A DNA stretch of 50,373 bases. It comes from Fuchsiella alkaliacetigena. GTDB lineage: Bacteria > Bacillota > Halanaerobiia > Halobacteroidales > Acetohalobiaceae. The position numbers were made by a program, and so were the translations under genes. Shown piece by piece: positions 1-12,522 of this stretch. The DNA is taken from positions 1 to 50,373 of the forward strand of contig NZ_JALKBZ010000019.1 of assembly GCF_023227765.1 (NCBI RefSeq), written 5' to 3'. The notes below the pieces were generated by a model. It searched no databases. It saw nothing but the letters and a program-made list of their open reading frames with translations, and had not been told where the DNA came from. Each line of letters opens with the position of its first letter. The first letter of the stretch is position 1.

Positions 1-45
1 CCTTTTTGCTTTTAATTATAGCATCTTAAAGGGAAGAAATTAAAT

Positions 46-354
46 CTATTTTAGAGTTCTTTCTTGCGATTGCCCTGGATCAGGATTAAGATATCTTTCA
101 ATGCTATCTACTAAACGTTCTAGTGCTTCTCTATCTAATTGATCCTCCCTTCCAAAAGAGTAGATAATATTGGTTTTGGAATAACCTTTTTCAGAGTCCC
201 ATTCATTATGAGCTAACTGCAAATATGTAATTTTTGTTCCATCTTTGTTTTTTCGGGATGTTCTTCTAATATACATAATACCTATATCATAGCAGTAAAA
301 CGTTGTTATGTCAAGGATAAATAGATAAATCGTGTACCTATGTAATTTAACCAT
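46..354 (-). pseudogene. Truncated IS1634-family (IS4-related) transposase; only the N-terminal ~77-100 aa are present and the reading frame closes at nt 46
   Basis: The translation MYIRRTSRKNKDGTKITYLQLAHNEWDSEKGYSKTNIIYSFGREDQLD matches the conserved IS1634 transposase N-terminus (KxKDGxxxTYxQLxExxRDxxG...). The likely start is the internal Met at ~276. Full-length proteins are >500 aa, so this is a fragment or frameshifted copy at the window edge. Confidence 0.6.
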
Positions 355-473
355 TTTAAAATCACAAACCCTGCTATATCAAGGTTTCTGACCTCTAAAT
401 AGTTATTTTATACCTATGAACTGTCGAACTCGGGTTTAAATACTTAGTTTTTAATTTACAAAGATAGAAAATA

Positions 474-512
474 GAAAAGCTTCGAACCGTATCAACAGTC
501 CGAAGCTTTAAT
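474..512 (-). terminator. Rho-independent terminator downstream of hppA, probably bidirectional
   Basis: GC stem aagcttcg / cgaagctt (477-484 with 501-508), 16-nt loop, flanked by A-run on the plus strand and T-run on the minus strand. Confidence 0.55.
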
Positions 513-539
513 TTATAATCTGATCTATTCAGTTACTGC

Positions 540-2501
540 TTAGCCAAATAAAGGAGCAAAGACTAAAGCAACAATAGTCATTAACTTAATTAGTATATTC
601 AAAGACGGGCCCGATGTATCCTTAAAAGGATCACCTACGGTATCGCCAACTACTGTAGCATTATGAGTATCGGAACCTTTACCGCCGAAATTACCAGCTT
701 CTACATACTTCTTAGCGTTATCCCAGGCTCCACCAGCATTGGACATCATAATTGCCATTAATACTCCTGCTGATAAAGCACCTGCTAATAATCCACCTAA
801 GGCTTCAGCGCTCCAAAGACCAACAAGCACCGGAGTAACTACTGCTAAAGCTCCTGGTAAAATCATTTCCTTTAACGCAGCAGCAGTACTGATATCTACA
901 CACTTAGCATATTCCGGCTTAGCTTTACCTTCCATAATTCCCGGAATTTCTCTAAACTGACGCCTGATCTCATCGATCATCTTAAAGGCCGCTTTACCTA
1001 CAGCCTCCATAGTAATAGCTGAGAATAAGAAAGGTAACATTGCTCCAATAAAGAGACCAATAATTACATTTGGATTAGTTAAAGAAATAGTACTCAACTC
1101 CACAGCTTCAGTAAAGGCCGAAAACAGAGCCAAAGAGGTCAAAGCTGCTGAACCAATAGCAAAACCCTTACCAATAGCAGCAGTAGTATTTCCTACCGCA
1201 TCCAACTTATCAGTAATCTCTCTTACTTCAGGTTCCAGTTCTGCCATCTCAGCAATTCCACCTGCATTATCAGCAATTGGACCGTAAGCATCGACAGCTA
1301 GAGTAATTCCAGTAGTCGATAACATCCCCACGGCTGCTAGAGCAATTCCATACAGTCCGCCTAAACTAAAGGCTATAAAGATAGCAATTACAATTACAAT
1401 AATCGGAAAAGCAGTACTACGCATTCCTACTGCCAATCCACTAATAATATTAGTAGCCACTCCAGTCTGAGACTGATCAGCAATATGCTGTACCGGTGGT
1501 TTATGGTCAGAGGTATAGTATTCGGTAATTCGACCAATCAAAATTCCAGCTATTAATCCGGCTAAAGTAGCCCAGAAAAAGCCTAAGTCACCTACTAAAT
1601 TATTAACTAATAGATAAGTAGCAATTAAAGACAACAAAGCACTAACCAAAGTACCTCGTTCCAAAACTGCATTTAAATTAGCACCTTTTTTAACTCTTAC
1701 AAATCTAGTCCCAATAATAGCAGCAATGATTCCCGCCGCTGCAATCAACATCGGTAAAAGTACATAATTAACTCCGATTTCAGGATTCCTTTGAGCCAAA
1801 CCAGCTCCTAAAGCCATAGCAGCTATAATAGAACCTACATAAGACTCAAAAAGGTCGGCTCCCATTCCAGCTACATCACCTACATTATCACCTACATTAT
1901 CAGCAATTACACCTGGATTTCGGGGATCATCTTCAGGAATGCCAGCCTCTACCTTTCCTACTAAGTCAGCTCCCACATCAGCAGCCTTAGTATAGATTCC
2001 GCCCCCTACACGAGCAAAGAGCGCAATAGAACTAGCTCCAAAAGCAAATCCTTGAATATTCTCTACCCCAATAAATATGTACAACACTCCTAAGCCTAAC
2101 AATCCCAATCCTACTACAGACATTCCCATTACTGCTCCTCCAGAAAAAGCAATCTCTAATGCCTTATCTATGCCGCTCCGAGCAGCATTAGTAGTTCTAG
2201 AGTTAGCAATAGTAGCAATCTGCATTCCAAAATAACCTGCTAAAGCTGAAAAAATAGCTCCCACAATAAAGGCAATAGCTGTCTGAACATTGAGAAAGAT
2301 AGCCATTACAATAGCTACCACGACTACAAATACTGTTAAGTTTCTGTATTCAGTACCTAAAAAGGCCATAGCCCCTTCGTTGATAGCCTTAGTTAGCTCT
2401 TTCATTCTCTCTGTTCCCATATCTGCCTTCTTAACCTTAGTACGTAACATAAAAGCAAATATAAGAGCTATTACTCCAGCAATCGGTACAAAAATTTCCA
2501 A
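540..2501 (-). CDS. hppA: Membrane-bound K+-stimulated H+/Na+-translocating pyrophosphatase
   Basis: 653 aa multi-TM protein with the hallmark motifs [20 protein letters not shown] and DNVGDNVGD and the C-terminal segment shared by H+-PPases. Confidence 0.93.
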   Translation of the reverse strand: MEIFVPIAGVIALIFAFMLRTKVKKADMGTERMKELTKAINEGAMAFLGTEYRNLTVFVVVVAIVMAIFLNVQTAIAFIVGAIFSALAGYFGMQIATIANSRTTNAARSGIDKALEIAFSGGAVMGMSVVGLGLLGLGVLYIFIGVENIQGFAFGASSIALFARVGGGIYTKAADVGADLVGKVEAGIPEDDPRNPGVIADNVGDNVGDVAGMGADLFESYVGSIIAAMALGAGLAQRNPEIGVNYVLLPMLIAAAGIIAAIIGTRFVRVKKGANLNAVLERGTLVSALLSLIATYLLVNNLVGDLGFFWATLAGLIAGILIGRITEYYTSDHKPPVQHIADQSQTGVATNIISGLAVGMRSTAFPIIVIVIAIFIAFSLGGLYGIALAAVGMLSTTGITLAVDAYGPIADNAGGIAEMAELEPEVREITDKLDAVGNTTAAIGKGFAIGSAALTSLALFSAFTEAVELSTISLTNPNVIIGLFIGAMLPFLFSAITMEAVGKAAFKMIDEIRRQFREIPGIMEGKAKPEYAKCVDISTAAALKEMILPGALAVVTPVLVGLWSAEALGGLLAGALSAGVLMAIMMSNAGGAWDNAKKYVEAGNFGGKGSDTHNATVVGDTVGDPFKDTSGPSLNILIKLMTIVALVFAPLFG

Positions 2502-2602
2502 AACCCATTCCTCCTTTTCAATATTTAATTTATCTTTTACAAGATAAAACTTAAATTAGCCCCGCTATCTTTTACTAACGAGGCTTAATACTATATAGTA
2601 GC

Positions 2603-2833
2603 TTAAAAAATACCTAATAACAGGGAAGTGAACATAAATATAACAGCTACTACAGTAGTGGCTTTACCCAATTTTTTATCAATATTGCGTTGATCTCCAC
2701 CTAAAATTGAAGAGGCACCACCGTCGATAGCTCCAGAAAGACCTGCACTTTTACCTGATTGCAAAAGCACTCCTACAATTACACCAATTGCAACTAAAAT
2801 ATGGATCACCTGCAATACTCTAAGCAATCTCAT
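2603..2833 (-). CDS. secG: Preprotein translocase subunit SecG
   Basis: 76 aa, two TM segments and the conserved LLQSGKSAGLSGAIxGG motif. It follows eno as in many Firmicutes. Confidence 0.85.
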   Translation of the reverse strand: MRLLRVLQVIHILVAIGVIVGVLLQSGKSAGLSGAIDGGASSILGGDQRNIDKKLGKATTVVAVIFMFTSLLLGIF

Positions 2834-2921
2834 CCACCTCCCTTAATTTTACCACTATTAATTTTAACATAACTGCTTTGAAAATACAACCACTAATTTT
2901 TTGAACTGTACCTCAGCTTTT

Positions 2922-4220
<1,299 letters not shown>

Positions 4221-4226
4221 CTAAAT

Positions 4227-5765
4227 TTATTTAACTAATGCTTCTCCAGTCATTTCTGCTGGCTGTTCAATATCCAATAACTTTAAAATAGTAGGTGCTA
4301 CATCGGCCAAGGCTTGTTCAGTTGCAAATTCTGCTTTTACTTCTCTATCTCCAACATAGATCAGCGGAGTTGGATTACTAGTATGGGCCGTATGGAAGTT
4401 ACCAGTCTCATAGTCCAACATCTGTTCTGCATTTCCATGGTCTGCAGTAACCAACAGCTCTCCTCCTACGGCTAATACTTTTTCTACCACTTGGCCTAAC
4501 ACATCGTCCACTGCCTCTACCGCCTCTTTACAGGCCTCTAAATCTCCACTATGACCTACCATATCCGGATTAGCAAAGTTCAATACTATCACATCGTAAT
4601 CTTTACTATCTAGTATTTCCAACAGTTCATCTTTAACCTCATAGGCACTCATCTCCGGCTGTTCATCATAAGTTGCTATCTTAGGAGAAGGAATCAACTT
4701 GCGGTCTTCATTAAGATTAGGCTCCTCTACTCCTCCGTTGAAAAAGAAGGTTACGTGAGCATACTTTTCAGTTTCAGCTATCCGCAACTGTTTTAATCCT
4801 TCCTCAGCCAATACTTCCCCTAGAGTATTATCCACTACCTCCGGCGGATAAGCTACTGGAGCAGCTAATGTCTCATCGTACTGAGTCATAGTAGCAAAGC
4901 AAACTTGAGGATGTTCTTGCCGTTCAAAACCATGAAAGTCATGGTCTACAAAGGCACGGGAAAGCTGTCGGGCCCGATCCGGTCTAAAGTTAAAGAAAAT
5001 AACTGAATGATCATCATTTATGGTAGCTACCGGCTCACCATCTTCCCTGATCACCGTAGGTACTACAAACTCATCGTAAACTTCCTCTTGATAAGAGTTC
5101 TCTACCGCTTCCAAAGCACTATCAGCCTGCTTTCCTTCACCTAAGACTAGAGCTTGATAGGCTTTTTGAGTTCTATCCCAACGCTCATCACGATCCATAG
5201 CATAGTATCTACCACTAACTGTAGCAATCTTTCCTATTTCCAACTCTGCAAACTTAGCTTCTAACTCTTTAATATATTTTTTAGCACTATCAGGGGGAAC
5301 ATCACGTCCATCTAAGAAGGCATGAACATAGACTTCCCGCTCATGCTTTTTAGCCAGCTCCAGTAGCCCAAAAAGATGTTGAATATCACTGTGAACTCCA
5401 CCATCGGAAAGCAGTCCCAATAAGTGAAGCGGTGAATCATTGAGTTTACAGTTTTTAATACCATCTAAAAGTACCTGGTTTTTAAAGAAAGAACCATCTT
5501 CAATCCCCTTGCTAATTTTAGTTAGCTGCTGATATACTACCCGACCAGCACCTAAGTTGAGATGGCCTACCTCAGAATTACCCATCTGTCCAGCCGGTAA
5601 ACCTACCTTTTCTCCGGAAGCTGCCAGAGTAGTATGGGGATATTCAGCCCATAGCCTATCAAAATTAGGGGTCTGAGCCTGTTTAACTGAGTTCCCTTCT
5701 TCTCTTTCATTGCAGCCCCAGCCATCAAGTATCACCAAAGCTACAGGCTTAGGTATTGCTGTCAC
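4227..5765 (-). CDS. gpmI: 2,3-bisphosphoglycerate-independent phosphoglycerate mutase
   Basis: 512 aa with N-terminal [10 protein letters not shown] and the NPDMVGH and ADHGNAE motifs of iPGM. Confidence 0.94.
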   Translation of the reverse strand: MTAIPKPVALVILDGWGCNEREEGNSVKQAQTPNFDRLWAEYPHTTLAASGEKVGLPAGQMGNSEVGHLNLGAGRVVYQQLTKISKGIEDGSFFKNQVLLDGIKNCKLNDSPLHLLGLLSDGGVHSDIQHLFGLLELAKKHEREVYVHAFLDGRDVPPDSAKKYIKELEAKFAELEIGKIATVSGRYYAMDRDERWDRTQKAYQALVLGEGKQADSALEAVENSYQEEVYDEFVVPTVIREDGEPVATINDDHSVIFFNFRPDRARQLSRAFVDHDFHGFERQEHPQVCFATMTQYDETLAAPVAYPPEVVDNTLGEVLAEEGLKQLRIAETEKYAHVTFFFNGGVEEPNLNEDRKLIPSPKIATYDEQPEMSAYEVKDELLEILDSKDYDVIVLNFANPDMVGHSGDLEACKEAVEAVDDVLGQVVEKVLAVGGELLVTADHGNAEQMLDYETGNFHTAHTSNPTPLIYVGDREVKAEFATEQALADVAPTILKLLDIEQPAEMTGEALVK

Positions 5766-5783
5766 ATTAATTACCTCCTTTAA

Positions 5784-6533
5784 CTACTCGAACTTAACTA
5801 TTTCTGCAAAAGATTCTGCTTCTAAACTAGCACTTCCTACTAAGGCTCCATCAATATCGGAAGTAGCCATAAATTCGCTTATATTATGCGGCTTTACACT
5901 ACCCCCATACTGAATCTGTAGTTGCTCAGCTACCTCTCCAAACTTCTCTGTTAATAGCTCGCGGATATACTTAATTACCTGATTTGCTTCTTCAGCTGTA
6001 GCTGATTGTCCAGTACCGATAGCCCACAGCGGCTCATAAGCTATAGTTACTGCTGTTAAGTCGTCAACTGCTACTCCTTCCAAAGCAGCCATTACTTGTT
6101 CTTGGACTACCTCTTTAGTTCTATCAGCTTCACGTTGAGTCAAAGACTCACCTACACAGATAATAGGCTTTAACTCATAGTTTAAAGCAGACTTTACTTT
6201 CTTATTCACATCTTCATTGCTTTCATTAAAGTACTCTCTTCTTTCAGAATGGCCTATAATCACATATTCACAGCCTATATCTTTCAGCATCACCGGAGAA
6301 ATCTCTCCCGTATAAGCACCTTCAGCTTCCCAGTGCATATTTTCTGCTCCTAAAGCTACATTAGTATCCGCTAATACCTCTGCTAGCGGTGCTAAAGCTG
6401 TAGCCGGAGTACAGATAGCTATATCTACTTCACTTACTCCTTTTACTAATTCTACTAACTCCTCTGCCATTTCCACAGCTTCCTGATTTGTCTTATGCAT
6501 CTTCCAGTTTCCAGCAATAAATGGTCTCCGCAT
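5784..6533 (-). CDS. tpiA: Triosephosphate isomerase
   Basis: 249 aa with AGNWKMHKT at the N-terminus and the active-site IAYEPLWAIGTG. Confidence 0.96.
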   Translation of the reverse strand: MRRPFIAGNWKMHKTNQEAVEMAEELVELVKGVSEVDIAICTPATALAPLAEVLADTNVALGAENMHWEAEGAYTGEISPVMLKDIGCEYVIIGHSERREYFNESNEDVNKKVKSALNYELKPIICVGESLTQREADRTKEVVQEQVMAALEGVAVDDLTAVTIAYEPLWAIGTGQSATAEEANQVIKYIRELLTEKFGEVAEQLQIQYGGSVKPHNISEFMATSDIDGALVGSASLEAESFAEIVKFE

Positions 6534-6562
6534 CTTTTAACTCTCCTCTCCTTTACTTCTTC

Positions 6563-7756
6563 TTACTCTCTATCGTCTAAGGCCTCTACTCCCGGCAAAG
6601 TTTTTCCCTCTAAAAGCTGCAAAGAAGCTCCGCCACCAGTAGAAATATGGGTCATTTCCGCAGCTAAGCCTGCCTTTTCTACAGCAGCTGCCGAATCTCC
6701 TCCCCCAATAATAGTTGTTGCTTCTAAATCTGCTAATACCTGAACTATTTCCATTGTTCCTTTAGCAAAATTAGACATCTCAAAAACACCTAAAGGGCCG
6801 TTCCAAACTACCGTCTTAGCATCTTTAAGCACCTGAGTAAAGCTATTTATACTTTCCGGGCCAATATCTAAGGCCTGCCAACCGTCTTCAATATCTTCTA
6901 CCTTAACTACCTTAGTTTCAGCCTGATTACTGAAATCATCAGCAACTACTACATCACTAGGTAAAACTAAATTTACTCCTTTATTTTTAGCCTCTTCCAT
7001 TAACCGTTTAGCTAAATCAAGCTTATCCGCTTCTACTAAAGAATCACCGATATTATAGCCTTGCGCAGCAATAAAGGTATTGGCCATACCTCCCCCAATT
7101 AACAACGCATCTGCTTTATTCAAAAGTGATTCAATAACTCCAATCTTATCGGAAACCTTTGCTCCCCCAATAATAGCTACTAAAGGAGTGTCAGGGTTAT
7201 CTATAGCCTGAGAAATCATCTTTAATTCATTCTGTACCAAAAAGCCCATAGCTGCTTCTTGCACATATTCCACTACTCCTGCTGTAGAGGCATGGGCCCG
7301 ATGAGTAGCTCCAAAAGCATCGTTCACATATACATCAGCTAACTCTCCTAACTGGCGAGCAAAGTCCGGATCATTAGCCTTTTCCCCAGGATTAAAACGA
7401 GTATTCTCCAATAGTAATACCTCACCAGTTTCCATCCTCTCAATGGCTGTCTGCGGTTCTTCTCCTACTGTCTCATCAGTCTTAGTCACCGCTTGATTGA
7501 GTAGGTTAGCTAATCTTTTAGCTACAGGATCTAAGCGCAGTTCAGAATCCACCTTACCACCTGGTCGACCTAGGTGACTCATCAAAATCACCTTAGCTCC
7601 TTCCTCAATCAAGTACTCAATGGTAGGTAAAGCAGCTCTAAGCCTAGTATCATCAGCCACCTCGCCAGCTTCCATAGGTACATTGAAGTCCACTCTAACT
7701 AAAACCTTTTTCCCAGCTACATCTATATCTTTTAATATCTTTTTATCCATTATCAA
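6563..7756 (-). CDS. pgk: Phosphoglycerate kinase
   Basis: 397 aa with [10 protein letters not shown] and GGGASLxLLEGKxLPGV motifs. The true start is probably the Met at 7750. Confidence 0.95.
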   Translation of the reverse strand: MIMDKKILKDIDVAGKKVLVRVDFNVPMEAGEVADDTRLRAALPTIEYLIEEGAKVILMSHLGRPGGKVDSELRLDPVAKRLANLLNQAVTKTDETVGEEPQTAIERMETGEVLLLENTRFNPGEKANDPDFARQLGELADVYVNDAFGATHRAHASTAGVVEYVQEAAMGFLVQNELKMISQAIDNPDTPLVAIIGGAKVSDKIGVIESLLNKADALLIGGGMANTFIAAQGYNIGDSLVEADKLDLAKRLMEEAKNKGVNLVLPSDVVVADDFSNQAETKVVKVEDIEDGWQALDIGPESINSFTQVLKDAKTVVWNGPLGVFEMSNFAKGTMEIVQVLADLEATTIIGGGDSAAAVEKAGLAAEMTHISTGGGASLQLLEGKTLPGVEALDDRE

Positions 7757-7830
7757 ACCTCCTTAAGACTTACATTTAAAAGAAATTAAAAGCAGAGATA
7801 GAAGTTTAACTATCTCTGCTACTAATCAAC

Positions 7831-8826
7831 TTACAGCTTAGTTGCCAGATCTACTACTCGATTAGAATAGCCCCATTCATTATCGTACCAGGAAATAACC
7901 TTAACCTGAGTACCATCAATCACCATAGTAGATTGAGCATCAATCAAAGAGGAATAAGGAGAACCCACAATATCCTGAGATACTAGCTCATCCTCTGTAT
8001 AACCAAGGATACCTTCCAGTTCACCTTCAGCTGCCTCCTGTAAAGCAGCATTAACCTCTTCTACTGTTACCTCAGTTTCTAAATCAAAGACACCATCAAC
8101 TACAGAACCATTTGGTACCGGCACTCGCATAGCCATTCCATCAATCTTACCCTCTAGCTCTGGCAGTACCTTAGTAGTAGCAATTGCTGCTCCAGTGGTA
8201 GTAGGAATTATATTAGCAGCAGCCGCTCGACCTCGTCTAGTCTTACCTGAAGGTGCATCCAAAATAGCTTGAGCCGCTGTATAAGCATGCACAGTAGTAA
8301 TTAGTCCTTTTTCAATTCCAAAGTTCTCATGCAGTACCTTAGCCATAGGAGCCAAACAGTTAGTAGTACAAGAAGCATTAGAAACTATCTGATCATCAGC
8401 CGATAATTCTTCATCATTAACTCCTAATACAATAGTAGCATCTAACTCATCCTTAGCTGGTACTGTCAAAATAACCTTTTCAGCTCCTGCTTCAAGATGC
8501 TTAGCTACTAGATCTCTCTTTCTAAATACACCAGTAGATTCAATAACTATATCTATTTCCTTTTCCGCCCAAGGTAGATCAGCTGGATCTTTAATGGAGT
8601 AAACATCAATTTCCTGACCATTTACCTTAAGAGTATCTCCAGCTACTTCAACTTCACCTTCAAATTGACCATGTACAGAATCATACTTCAATAAATAAGC
8701 CAAGTTGTCAGCATCAGCTAAATCATTAATAGCAACTACCTCAAAATCTAAATCCCTCTCCTGAATACACCTAAATACATTTCTCCCAATTCTGCCAAAA
8801 CCATTAATTGCAATTTTCTTTGTCAT
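7831..8826 (-). CDS. gap: Glyceraldehyde-3-phosphate dehydrogenase
   Basis: 331 aa with INGFGRIGR Rossmann motif, the ASCTTNCLAP catalytic Cys region and the WYDNEWGYSNR C-terminus. Confidence 0.96.
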   Translation of the reverse strand: MTKKIAINGFGRIGRNVFRCIQERDLDFEVVAINDLADADNLAYLLKYDSVHGQFEGEVEVAGDTLKVNGQEIDVYSIKDPADLPWAEKEIDIVIESTGVFRKRDLVAKHLEAGAEKVILTVPAKDELDATIVLGVNDEELSADDQIVSNASCTTNCLAPMAKVLHENFGIEKGLITTVHAYTAAQAILDAPSGKTRRGRAAAANIIPTTTGAAIATTKVLPELEGKIDGMAMRVPVPNGSVVDGVFDLETEVTVEEVNAALQEAAEGELEGILGYTEDELVSQDIVGSPYSSLIDAQSTMVIDGTQVKVISWYDNEWGYSNRVVDLATKL

Positions 8827-8906
8827 TATATTATTCCTCCTTAGATTATTAATTATTACTCCTTAATTAACACTTTGTGCTAGCTAAAACCTAGCTATTC
8901 ACCTCC

Positions 8907-9935
8907 TCAATGCTGATCTAAAATATCTAAAATCTGCTGAGCTGCCTCTTCTTCGGTAATTAATATATCCTGTTCACCATTAATAATTACAGAAATTATA
9001 GCTGCCGCCTTTTCTTTACCTCCAGCTACAGCAATTACAGTTTCTATCTCCTTTAAATCCTCTAACTGTAAACCCACACTAGGAGTTGAATATACGATCT
9101 CTCCAGAATCGTCAAAGTAGTAACCAAAGGCTTCACCAATAGCTCCTTTACTTTGCAGCTGCAAAAGCTGATCCTGATTGAGATCTCTCCTCTCAGTCAT
9201 AATTTCTACAGTTCCAATGCCATGCATTAAAACATCGGCCTCTTTAGCTAGACTCAAAACTTCTTTAATCTGTGGCTCAGAAACAATAGTATCATGCAAG
9301 CTTTGATCTAAATTATCAGGCACATGTAGAAGGCGATATTTACCTCCTAATTTTTTAGCTATCTTAGCAGCTATAGTATTAGCTTGAATCTCTACTCCTT
9401 CACCTAAACCACCTCGACCGGGAAGCACCATTATCTCTGCCAAATCACCATTATTAAGCAGCGCTTCAGCTACAGCAGCCAAAGTAGTACCTCCCGTTAC
9501 AGCTAACTTATCTCCATTATCTATATTATTTTGCAAAAATTTAGCTGCAAACCTACCTAACTCCTCTTTAGTCTGCTGAGCATCTAAAGTACTAGGAACG
9601 ACATAAGCTGCCTTTAACTCTAAACTCTTAGCTAACTCTAATTCCAAGCTATGTAAACCACGTGAGCTTTTAATATAATCAGCTAATTTAGAAAAAATCT
9701 CCTCTCCTCGGGCCGTAATTTCTGCTCCGGCCCGAGTAGAATTAACAAAACGTCTTTCCTGTAAGAACTTTAACTGCTTTCTTACTTCCCGCTCGCTTAA
9801 TTCCAGTTTTTTAGCTAGAGACCTTCTACCTATAGGTTGCAGATAAAGTACAGTTTGAAGTATAGTATATCTAGTATCTATTAATTTTATTAATTCCGGA
9901 GCAATCAAGTGCTGAAGTTTAATCAAATCCTCCAT
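8907..9935 (-). CDS. cggR: Central glycolytic genes regulator CggR (SorC/DeoR family)
   Basis: 342 aa with an N-terminal wHTH and a SorC sugar-phosphate-binding domain (GGTT...GRGG motifs). It sits immediately upstream of gap-pgk-tpi-gpm-eno, as in Bacillus. Confidence 0.85.
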   Translation of the reverse strand: MEDLIKLQHLIAPELIKLIDTRYTILQTVLYLQPIGRRSLAKKLELSEREVRKQLKFLQERRFVNSTRAGAEITARGEEIFSKLADYIKSSRGLHSLELELAKSLELKAAYVVPSTLDAQQTKEELGRFAAKFLQNNIDNGDKLAVTGGTTLAAVAEALLNNGDLAEIMVLPGRGGLGEGVEIQANTIAAKIAKKLGGKYRLLHVPDNLDQSLHDTIVSEPQIKEVLSLAKEADVLMHGIGTVEIMTERRDLNQDQLLQLQSKGAIGEAFGYYFDDSGEIVYSTPSVGLQLEDLKEIETVIAVAGGKEKAAAIISVIINGEQDILITEEEAAQQILDILDQH

Positions 9936-10044
9936 ATATTCACCTGTCCTCTGGGATATTCTTGTACCCGCAGCTCTATATTTGTCCCACTATGTTGAAA
10001 AAATAAACTACTTTTCTATATTGTCTCCCTATTAATATTCTCTA

Positions 10045-10134
10045 TGCAGGACTTTTGTGTAAAATAATGGTTGCAGCTTCATAATATTCTCTTTCTAGTG
10101 TATGTTATTCGGGACTACTAACTAAAGTCCTGCA
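10045..10134 (-). promoter_or_regulatory. Candidate CggR operator and promoter region of the glycolytic operon
   Basis: Perfect 11-bp inverted repeat TGCAGGACTTT (10045-10055) / AAAGTCCTGCA (10124-10134) and a CGGGAC motif at 10110-10115. These lie in the 233-bp gap between rpoN and cggR. The Bacillus CggR operator is built from CGGGAC-containing repeats. Confidence 0.4.
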
Positions 10135-10168
10135 AAATTTCTTTAATAAGTAAAAATTATCTTTATTT

Positions 10169-11560
10169 TCATTCATATCTTCTCCTTTGCACCGAAGAAG
10201 CAATTCCTAACTGATTACGATACTTAGCTACAGTTCTTCTGGAAACTGGTGCTCCTAAATCACTCAATTGATCTGCTATCTTCTGGTCACTTAAAGGCTT
10301 CGTTACATCTTCTTCTTTTATAATATCTTCTATCATTTTCTTAATGCTAACTGCTGAAATATTACCTCCGTTTTTAGTCTTTACTCCCGAAGTAAAGAAA
10401 AACTTTAACTCAAAAAGACCATGTGGAGTTTGAGCATATTTCTTAGTAGTAGCCCTGCTAACAGTGGATTCGTGCATGTCAATCTCTTGAGCTACTTCTT
10501 CCATAGTCAAAGGCTTTAAATGCTTTAAACCTTTTTCGAAAAACTCCTTCTGTAGTTCAACAATTGCCTTAGCTATTTTATAAATAGTTAGTCGCCGCTG
10601 CTCAATACTCTTAATTAACCACATTGCTGAACTCATTTTTTCTTCTAAATACTCCTTGGCTTTACTGCTGGAGTCAAAATTTTTCAATAACTTTTGATAG
10701 TAAGAGTTAATCCTCAGCTTAGGTACTGGAGTCTGATTCATAAAAACCACATACTGCTGATTTATCTTTTCAATTATCAGATCCGGCTCCAAATACTTAG
10801 TGCCTCCACTTTCCTGAAAAATACTTGCTGGACTAGGATTAAGAGTTTTAATTAAATCCACTATTCGTTGACTTTCTGTGGGCTTAATCCCTAATTTTTT
10901 AGCTAATTTCTTTACTTTATTTTCGATTAATAAATCAAAGTGCTCTTCTACCATCTTTAGAGCCAACTCTTTTTTTCGACCTGCTTCCCATTCGGCTAAC
11001 TGAATCAATAAGGACTCCTGTAAACTTTGAGCTGCTATACCCACCGGTTCAAACTGCTGAATTTCTTTCAAAACCTCTAAAAACTTCTCTTCGCTAACCC
11101 CTAATTCAGCTGCTAATTCTGCTACCTCTCTCTCTAAAAAACCATCTTCATCTAAGGAGCCAATTATATACTTTCCTATTTCTTTCTGTTGAGCTGTTAA
11201 GTCCAGCAACTGTAATTGATTATTTAAATACTCATCCCTAGTTAAAGAAGCAGCAACAAAGTTTTCATAGTTGTAATCTTCCTGTTGATAATTAACGTTA
11301 TAATCGCTGCTGGAATCAGCAAAGTACTCCTCCCAGTCTAAGTCTTCAAAGTCCTCCTCTTCCTCTGCTAAGTCCTCCTCGCCGGCCACTTCTTCCTCTA
11401 ATTCCAAAATAGGATTCTCTAACAATTTATCTTCTAAGTAGTCTACTAATTCCATTCTGGATAGCTGCAGCAGTTTAATTGCCTGCTGTAGCTTAGGAGT
11501 CATTACCAGCTCCTGTTTCTGTGTTAATGAAACTGTGGGAGTTAGCTTCACTCTCTTCAC
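10169..11560 (-). CDS. rpoN: RNA polymerase sigma-54 factor
   Basis: 463 aa with N-terminal MTPKLQQAIKLLQLS, an acidic region II, and a C-terminal HTH plus RpoN box ARRTVAKYR. Confidence 0.92.
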   Translation of the reverse strand: MKRVKLTPTVSLTQKQELVMTPKLQQAIKLLQLSRMELVDYLEDKLLENPILELEEEVAGEEDLAEEEEDFEDLDWEEYFADSSSDYNVNYQQEDYNYENFVAASLTRDEYLNNQLQLLDLTAQQKEIGKYIIGSLDEDGFLEREVAELAAELGVSEEKFLEVLKEIQQFEPVGIAAQSLQESLLIQLAEWEAGRKKELALKMVEEHFDLLIENKVKKLAKKLGIKPTESQRIVDLIKTLNPSPASIFQESGGTKYLEPDLIIEKINQQYVVFMNQTPVPKLRINSYYQKLLKNFDSSSKAKEYLEEKMSSAMWLIKSIEQRRLTIYKIAKAIVELQKEFFEKGLKHLKPLTMEEVAQEIDMHESTVSRATTKKYAQTPHGLFELKFFFTSGVKTKNGGNISAVSIKKMIEDIIKEEDVTKPLSDQKIADQLSDLGAPVSRRTVAKYRNQLGIASSVQRRRYE

Positions 11561-12522
11561 CCCCTCAACAAAGAGTTATTCTCTTTAATTTCTTCGGCTA
11601 TCTTGTTAATCCTGCGCAACCTATGATTTACTCCGGATTTGCTTAGCTTAGGCTCCATTAGCTCTCCCAATTCCTTATAAGTAGCATAGGGATTTTCTAA
11701 TCTAAGTTCAGCCATTTCCTGTAAACTAGGTGACAAAGAAGCTAAGCCCTTAAATTCCTCAATCAACTTAATATTCTCAATCTGCTCTCGAGCTGCCTGA
11801 ACAGTCTTAGTCAAGTTAGCCGTCTCACAGTTAACTAATCGATTAACCTGATTTTTAACCTCTTTTAAAACTCTAGTATTTTCATAGTCTAAAAGAGCTG
11901 AATGAGCTCCGGTAATATTCAAAAGCTTAACGATCTCTGCAGAACTTTTCAAATAAAGTAAGTAATCATCTTGGCGCTGCCTGAGTTTGAAGTATAAATC
12001 AAGCTTCTGCTTAGCAAATTCAAGCAAACTTTCAGCATAGCCCTGATTGGAAACTCTAATCTCCAGATGATAACCTCCTTCTGGATTATTAATAGAGCCT
12101 GCTCCTAAAAATACCCCTCGCAAATATGCTTTTCGACAGCACTTATTTTTCACTAAATCGCCATTAATCTGATAGCTCAATTCGTAGTTATCCTTAATTA
12201 ATCCACAATTAATTAACAACTCTTTGATCCTGTCCTGTGGCGGTAATTTAATTATATAGTACTTATCGTAATTGAGATACATCGCCTTACTAACTACTAT
12301 TTCTGTTAAAAAATCAAATCTTTCTTTTAACAGTCTATATATTTTGCGAGCAGCCGCTGCCTGTTGTGAAACTACCTTTAAGGCTAGCTCCTGCTTAATA
12401 ATCTCTAAAGAACCGTTTGCTTTTAACAAAGCTGATAGTTCAGCCCAACCACAACACCTTTTTTTTACTTCAATCCTAGCCAATTCATTCTTCACTTGCT
12501 CGCTAAATCCCATCTTTACCAC
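11557..12522 (-). CDS. whiA: DNA-binding sporulation/cell-division regulator WhiA
   Basis: 321 aa with LAGLIDGDG-like homing-endonuclease-like domains and a C-terminal HTH (GVNHRLRRI). The start may be the Met at 12513. Conserved position next to yvcK and rapZ. Confidence 0.85.
   Translation of the reverse strand: MVKMGFSEQVKNELARIEVKKRCCGWAELSALLKANGSLEIIKQELALKVVSQQAAAARKIYRLLKERFDFLTEIVVSKAMYLNYDKYYIIKLPPQDRIKELLINCGLIKDNYELSYQINGDLVKNKCCRKAYLRGVFLGAGSINNPEGGYHLEIRVSNQGYAESLLEFAKQKLDLYFKLRQRQDDYLLYLKSSAEIVKLLNITGAHSALLDYENTRVLKEVKNQVNRLVNCETANLTKTVQAAREQIENIKLIEEFKGLASLSPSLQEMAELRLENPYATYKELGELMEPKLSKSGVNHRLRRINKIAEEIKENNSLLRG

Noticed and set aside
739-2547. Plus-strand ORFs of 73 and 85 aa inside hppA
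   Set aside because: They are antisense to a well-supported 653-aa pyrophosphatase gene. Their composition mirrors the sense strand (Ala/Ile-rich) and they have no RBS.
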